From Azolla caroliniana (Eukaryota; Plantae; Polypodiophyta), in assembly GCA_043228905.1 (NCBI GenBank), contig JBHGNT010001065.1:1-12448 (forward strand): 12,448 nucleotides of DNA. Direction: 5' to 3'. Every line of letters begins with the position of its first letter. Position 1 is the first letter of the stretch. Position numbers and translations under genes: made by a program. Positions 6,541 to 12,448 of the stretch are shown piece after piece. The notes beneath the pieces are model-generated. The model ran no database searches. It was not told where the DNA came from and saw only the letters and a program-made list of their open reading frames with translations.

Positions 6541-9500
6541 GTATGATTCATCTCTCTCTCTCTCTCTCCCCCATGTCTCTTTGCGGACATTCAATTTGTA
6601 TGTAATTCTGGTGTCTGTGTTCAATACACGGTTTTATTTCCATGTAATCTGTTGATGTGAGAATCCCGATCTCTGAGTAGAATAAAGTATAATTCGATAT
6701 AAATGAAGTATAATTCAACACGTCTCTCTTTCCTCTCTCACACCATCCTTCCTTTTAATACTTCAGTTCTGACTAATTGGAACTATTGCTCTCCTCTAGT
6801 TGATAAGAGATCTCTATTTTCTGCATCCGATTCTTTCATTTCTCAAATATCCTCTTTTTGACATTCGCCTTGTCTGTATGCAATGATGTCTGATTGAAAT
6901 TGGGTGACACAATACTCTAATTTGCTGATTGAGACATTTCTCATATATATATATGGGACATAGTTCATTTCACAAAACCTTTTCTTTAACATTCATTCTG
7001 TCTAGTTTTCTCTCTGGGAAACTAGGAGTATTACAATTTGATATGTTGATCTTTTTGATCAAATCAGGTGTTTTTCTTTGAGATGAGTCAATATGTAAGC
7101 TTTATGAGTTTAATCTGGCACCTAGATCTCACTCATGAAATCACGTGTTATCCAGTCAACATGGAAGGTTTTTAATTTTCTCCTGTTGCAAACAAATCAC
7201 ATCATACCCAGCCACCTGTTGGACATGTCTTGTGCAGTGAGCTCTAAGGATATCCGCTAGAACAATGGTTACATTGAATGTGTGACATTCCCGATAAATC
7301 TCGGTTACATCCTTAGACATCCGCTCTTGCAATTAGTATAAAGCGGCCATAGTGACATTTAGTGTACGAATGAACTGTAAATGCAGGAAGGATAAACGAT
7401 CCTGTAGGTTGGATCCTAGGCCCTCATTCTATTTATGGAGTGATCACCACCCATGGATTGTACATGTTTGATGTGGAATGCTGACCATCTCAGATGAGGT
7501 CAGCTCCCAGGCTCAGGGGTGCTTCAAATGTGTGGCTTTATTTGTATATGTGTGTATGGTTTGTGCTATGGCTTATTTGTATGGTACTTTTGAATTTGAA
7601 TCCAGCCTCCTATGAAATGTTTTCTGCTGTTTCATGTACATGACAAACGTTTTCCCCAGCACAGGAGCTAATGACAGAAGAATGTTTGCCAAACCTCAGA
7701 CTATATCTGCTCAGGTATCGGAAAGCCTAAGTGGCCAAATCACTGATACCACATTAAGTCAACCCGCTATCCACTATTTGGCTATTTGGCTCAAGTTCTA
7801 TTTATTTAGTTTTGGCTGGACTGGCAGATCCATTATACGGACCAAAATCTCACTTGGTTCATAATCTGATCTGTTGAGGGCTGAATTAGGAGTTCCCAAT
7901 TACTCTGGATTGTTCAACCTGATTTCTGCTATCAAGTAAATTATTAAGGATCAAATGAATGATGAGCAAAAGAATAAGAGATTAAGGAGAAGAATGGATT
8001 AAGGGTGTTTTAACCATATTGACCACACCTGAGCAAAGGACATGACAAACATAAAATACCATCAGTGTCCCATACCACCAAATGTTACCTTATGTTATAC
8101 TTGGATGTTGAATAACGGATCCAAAGAGGAGAGCTTAGCCTCACCAATAGTGTCTCAACTGTGTCTGAAGATGCTGTAATGAAGGGGTAGCTAGTCGCCT
8201 TTATATAGCTGTCAACACCTAAGGCTCCCAGACCACAATGTGTGCTGACATGTCATAGGTTCATATGGGTTTGTCCCAAATCATAGGATAATCAGTTTCC
8301 CAACTATCCTACCTTTAACCCGTTAAAATTATATATAGAATTGGTTCCCAAGGTCCTGCTTATAACACAAATGGAGAAGATACTGGGATTGCTGGGTGTT
8401 CTCAGGCAGGGAGAAAATATCTGCGAAAAGGGCTGTTGTAACAGAACTGAAATCCAAGAGATGAATTGAGAACCTTGTATACTTATAGGTATGAAGTGGG
8501 AATTAGTTTGTACCTTAGAAAGGTGATGAATATTCCGAACCATTGGAAATGTGACATATGATATCAAAATTATTTCAGTGGTATTAAGCTTTGTTCTAGC
8601 TCCAAAAACCCGAACTCCAGAAGAAATGTTGGTAAACCAAGTAGATTGTTTCTACATAAGCTTTGAATGAAACCATCTTCTTGATGTGGGCCGTTATTGA
8701 CTTTGATGTTTTGTTCTTCTTGCAGTTTATGGACATGCTTATTCTCTTTCCCAGAATTTGGATCCCAAGAATGAAGGAAGGGGTGTTCTGCAGTTTAAGA
8801 CTGGATTGATGGCAGTAATAAAGGTACTTCTTTTGCTGTAACTTATATGACAGCTTTATTACGCTGTATTTATCTCTTGCAATGTAATACAAATACCATG
8901 TATTTTATTTTTCTTACAGAGAAACCAAGCCAGGAAAGATGGTACCACTTCTGATCACGATCATGACATTGAAATATTACGAGATTTTTACAGGAAACAG
9001 AAGGAGCGGTTAGCTGAATCTGAAGAGTATGCTGCCCCTGTTATGTCATAGTTCCATATAATTATTTCAGGAATATTACATGTTAGGGTTGTACAAATAC
9101 TAGTTTTTTTAGATATTCGTCAGAGGAATCAGCATACTGATTACTTTTATATTTGATACATGTATATTTTAAATGGATGTTAGAGTACGTATTTGTTGCA
9201 TCTTTGTTCCTGAGTGGATACTGATATCTTCATCTTTGAGATGTTCAGCTGTCTAGTGAGTGGTTAAAAATCTTTATGCCACCTATATTAATCAAAATTT
9301 ATGTTCAGGTTGCAGGATAGATATAAAGTTTTTACAACTTTATCGGTTCTAAAAGATGTTATATATGCTCTAGCCGAAAATTATCCTACAAATGTTGCTG
9401 AAACATTATTACCTCCAGAGGTTCGTTTTCAATCTGTTCTCTTCCGTGAAGTGTTACTACCCTCTTTATTCTGGAGAGTGACAGAGAGAAATCTAGACAA

Positions 9501-11446
9501 TTATTTATAATAGATCCGACTTGAGAATCTTACATGTACTGATAACAAGATTCTTTAGTCTCCTTTTATCTTATTTACTTTCTTTTACTCAGTAACATTT
9601 ATTTAATTTGATTTGTTGTTCTCAAAGATAAGACAACACTTAAGATGTAATCTCTTGTTTGATATTATAGGCCATTTTGACCTCTTAAAATATGTTAATA
9701 TATATATATATTTCTTTCTTTCTTTCTTCCTTAGTTTAACAATATGACTTCATGGTTTCAGCTTTATAAAAGCTTTTCTAATGGTTATCAGTAATTCATA
9801 ATAGGACTTTCCTTTCTTGAATACATGCCACTGACTTTGGGAGCAGTTAGGGTCAATTCAGTTGGGGAAAATATCCATTTTGCTATATTTCCCAATCGAT
9901 GCATTAAGGGCAAGACATAGTGGTTGCATCTGATGTTAGTGTTGCAAGATGGCATTTGTCTAGTTGGATTGGCAATATGATCGAGGGAGGATTCTGCTCT
10001 TTTGTTTAAAAAAAGAAGGCTCTGGTGAAGCTCTTTGCTTGTTGTCCCATATTGTGCTGAAAGAAAAACACCATTTTCACATGAAGCAGGATTACTCTTG
10101 GGGATCCAAGGATTGATTACTAGTATCTTGGAATGATATGAATAAGGTTTGTTCATGTCTTGCAACCATTCACCAACACCAGTGAATAAATCTTCCAATG
10201 GCATATGATTCTCTGAATACAAATTCACAGTGCTTATGGTTCAGTAAATTCAGAAACCTTGCATATTCTTGGCTTAGAGAATTCAAAATAGCAGTAGAGC
10301 TAAGAGCTACATATGTACGTGTCATCTAGTTTCAGATGCTTCTAGACTTCATATAGGTGTTTGCTGAGTTGGAAATACTATTCTCATCGCTATAACAAGA
10401 ATGAGAAAGTGGCAGTGTTTTTCTTTTTGGACATGGCTCAGCACATATTTTATAACAGTGCTCCGGAAAACACCACTAAGTTCCTTATTCTCACTTTGCT
10501 CATGCAGTTCAAGAAGGAAATGGAACTAGATGCACAAAATTCAAAAGCATTCCAACCATACAACATCTTGCCTCTTGAGACACCTGATATTTCTCATACA
10601 ATTCTCAATGTTCCTGAGGTATTAAGCCTTCACAAAGTTTTATTTATTTATCTCAGTATACCGGCTGTCCTAAGCATTCTATTCTGAAATATGAATTTCC
10701 AGATAAAAGCTGCGAGGTTAGCGATTCAGTATCCTCGCTTGCAGTTTGAAAGTAATTTTGAACCCCCTCATCTTCGGAAACCTGATGTATTTGATGCACT
10801 TGAATTTGCTTTTGGATTCCAAGTATGTAAGAGTTGCAAGTTTTATTTTACAATCTGACCATCTTCCCATAGTGTCTTCATATATAGTTTTAGTGTTTGC
10901 TACATATGCGTTTATAATACAATTAGTGACAACTCTTTTGCAGACTGATAATGTGAGAAATCAGCGGGAACATTTGGTGCTTCTACTAGCTAATGCTCAA
11001 TCTCAAATGGGTGATGGAAGTTTTATCAGTGGTACAGATCTGGTATGTCTTAAAATTTTCACTGCCCAAGAGCTACTTAATTCTTGGCAAAGTCTTATTT
11101 ACAAAATCTAGATGATCTTGGTTTTGTGGTATTTAAACATTGTGGTGTTGTAGGAGTTGGATGAAGATGTTATCAATAAGTTTTGCAATAAGATTCTGAG
11201 TAACTATGAGAAGTGGTGTATTTACATCAGAAAGCCATCTGTATATGCATGGTATTGCTGAAGCTTTATAGTTTTCAACATTTAAATGTGAATCTCCATA
11301 CATTAATAAGTCTCTCCCTATCATTTCATTCCAGGGCAATGACAAAAAAAAACAGGGTGGCCTTAGTAGCTCTATATTTGTGTATATGGGGAGAAGCAGC
11401 AAATGTTCGGTTTCTCCCGGAGGGTATTTGCTACATCTATCATCAG
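6324..11446 (+). CDS. CALS10: Callose synthase (1,3-beta-glucan synthase, GT48), CalS9/CalS10 (GSL10/GSL8)-like; 5' part, exons 1-9: 6324-6540, 8726-8823, 8920-9026, 9309-9420, 10508-10618, 10703-10822, 10944-11042, 11154-11251, 11335-11446; gene continues beyond the window
   Basis: All nine exons are flanked by canonical GT/AG and join in frame (1074 nt, 358 codons, no stop). Diagnostic motifs: NWRRLV, AYSLSQNLDPKNEGRGVLQFKTGLMAVIK, PYNILPLE, FDALEFAFGFQ-TDNVRNQREHLVLLLANAQ, NYEKWC, LYLCIWGEAANVRFLPE. CalS9 versus CalS10 cannot be resolved by eye. Confidence 0.92.
6551..6568. repeat. (TC)9 microsatellite at the start of intron 1
   Basis: Read directly. Confidence 0.85.
7942..8367 (-). mobile_element. 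Solo-LTR-like element in callose synthase intron 1
   Basis: On the minus strand it begins TGTTA and ends TAATA, and contains the TATA-like CTATATAAAGG. Flanks are TAAAT (7937-7941) and CAAAT (8368-8372), a 4/5 match to a 5 bp TSD. A homologous copy starts at 12113. Confidence 0.65.
8726..8823 (+). CDS. CALS10: Callose synthase exon 2 (LYGHAYSLSQNLDPKNEGRGVLQFKTGLMAVIK)
   Basis: Acceptor ttcttcttgcAG at 8725, donor GTACTT at 8824; highly conserved CalS motif. Confidence 0.93.
8920..9026 (+). CDS. CALS10: Callose synthase exon 3 (RNQARKDGTTSDHDHDIEILRDFYRKQKERLAESE)
   Basis: Acceptor tttcttacAG at 8919, donor GTATGC at 9027 (phase 2). Matches the KLAKRDG..IDRxxDIExLxEFY pattern. Confidence 0.82.
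9309..9420 (+). CDS. CALS10: Callose synthase exon 4 (ELQDRYKVFTTLSVLKDVIYAL...LLPPE)
   Basis: Acceptor ttcAG at 9308, donor GTTCGT at 9421. KVFxTL motif; phase compatible with exon 3. Confidence 0.83.
10508..10618 (+). CDS. CALS10: Callose synthase exon 5 (FKKEMELDAQNSKAFQPYNILPLETPDISHTILNVPE)
   Basis: Acceptor tgcAG at 10507, donor GT at 10619; PYNILPL motif. Confidence 0.9.
10703..10822 (+). CDS. CALS10: Callose synthase exon 6 (IKAARLAIQYPRL...DVFDALEFAFGFQ)
   Basis: Acceptor tttccAG at 10702, donor GTATGT at 10823; FGFQ motif. Confidence 0.9.
10944..11042 (+). CDS. CALS10: Callose synthase exon 7 (TDNVRNQREHLVLLLANAQSQMGDGSFISGTDL)
   Basis: Acceptor ttttgcAG at 10943, donor GTATGT at 11043; DNVRNQREH motif. 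Confidence 0.93.
11154..11251 (+). CDS. CALS10: Callose synthase exon 8 (ELDEDVINKFCNKILSNYEKWCIYIRKPSVYA)
   Basis: Acceptor tgttgtAG at 11153, donor GTATTG at 11252 (phase 2); NYxKWCxY motif. Confidence 0.88.
11335..11446 (+). CDS. CALS10: Callose synthase exon 9 (WAMTKKNRVALVALYLCIWGEAANVRFLPEGICYIYHQ), FKS1 domain-1 region
   Basis: Acceptor ttccAG at 11334, donor GTTAGT at 11447; WGEAANVRFLPE motif. Confidence 0.93.
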
Positions 11447-12112
11447 GTTAGTTTCCTAGGATTTTTAATATTAAGCAGTTGGTTGTGTTGGAGTTTTTTT
11501 TTGTGCAGTTTTAAAGACTGCGATGAAATGTTACTAAGAAGACCCTCAACTTCTTCCTTGCTAAATGAACATTGCTCATTCAGTCCGTTAATTGTATATG
11601 TTCCTCAATTCACTATATGTATGAGATTAATTCTGTTACAAAACAACCACTTTAGAAAGATAAGAAGGGTTTTATATACTGACTTGTCAATCGACAGCAG
11701 TCAAATGTGTCCCTAGGATAACCTCTAGAGTACATAAGAAAGCATAGTTCAAGTCTAGCTCTCCACCTGCTCAGTGTAAACCAAAATAAGGTTTTGAGGA
11801 TCACTGGTGAACTGGCCCCTAGGAAACTGAACATCGTGGAAGCTACCCTGAACATTCTAAGGCATAGCTTTGTAGACCAAGTGTGTATGCTTGCAAGATA
11901 ACAATGTTTGAGGAACTCCACAATGCCCAAACTGCAACAGCCATAAATGGGATTGTGATCAATACACTTACACCAAGTATGAAGTAAATGTTCCCCCAAG
12001 AAAGCTGGAAATTGGTCCTGTCACCCCAAATTTATGAGGGAAAAGACAATGGCAAATCATCATCCACAAATGCATGTCATCCCGTAAATTAGTAAGAATT
12101 TTGAGCATGGTA

Positions 12113-12448
12113 TATTACGAATCAAACATTAATTATAAGCAATGAATAATTAGATTAACAAAAGAATGCTTAACTGCACCGACCAATCCAAGCAAAGGAT
12201 AAGAGATGAACATAAATTATCAGTGCCCCATACCACCGAATATTTCCTTATGTTAATGGATCTGAAAAAAGACACCTTTGCCTCACCAATAGAGTCTCAA
12301 CAGCGTCTCAAGATGCTATAATGAAGGGGGTAGCTAGTACTAAGATTCCTACACTATCACGTGTCCTAGGTCCTTATGGGTTTGTCCCAACTCCTAGGAT
12401 AACTGGTTTCTGAGCTATCCTACCATCATTAAAAGTAGCTTTAGAATT
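12113..12448 (-). mobile_element. Second, diverged copy of the same LTR-like element in intron 9, truncated by the window end
   Basis: Colinear shared blocks with 7942-8342: agcaaagga, atcagtg.cccataccacc, ccttatgtta, gcctcaccaatag.gtctcaac, aagatgct.taatgaagggg, tagctagt, tatgggtttgtcccaa, taggataa, ctatcctacc, tagaatt. Confidence 0.7.

Noticed and set aside
10361-11716. ORF-track proteins 10361-10687, 10746-11111 and 11213-11716 as separate genes
   Set aside because: Each is a callose synthase exon plus intron read-through.
11652-12060. ORF 11652-11999 and a CSPKKAG fragment suggestive of LINE reverse transcriptase in intron 9
   Set aside because: A single short motif with no supporting neighbouring motifs.

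Overview
Land-plant nuclear DNA (AT-rich, GT-AG introns, microsatellites). It holds two + strand glycan-synthesis genes. (1) A GC-rich GT47/exostosin type II membrane glycosyltransferase with an intron-free CDS (1217..2422, 401 aa). Motif by motif it resembles the N-terminal GT47 domain of animal heparan-sulfate polymerase EXT1, lacks the GT64 domain, and is directly preceded by a near-identical 4 x 82 bp tandem array in which every unit carries an ATG-TGG-TAT-TGA micro-uORF. (2) The first nine coding exons (6324..11446, 358 codons, open frame) of a divergent callose synthase of the CalS9/CalS10 (GSL10/GSL8) type, which continues past the window. Its proximal promoter contains eight same-orientation TTGACT W-boxes built by local repeat amplification, and introns 1 and 9 each contain a copy of the same solo-LTR-like element. 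The intergenic 2.4-5.8 kb region is degenerate repeat/TE-like DNA. All protein-family comparisons are from remembered sequences, not from database searches.
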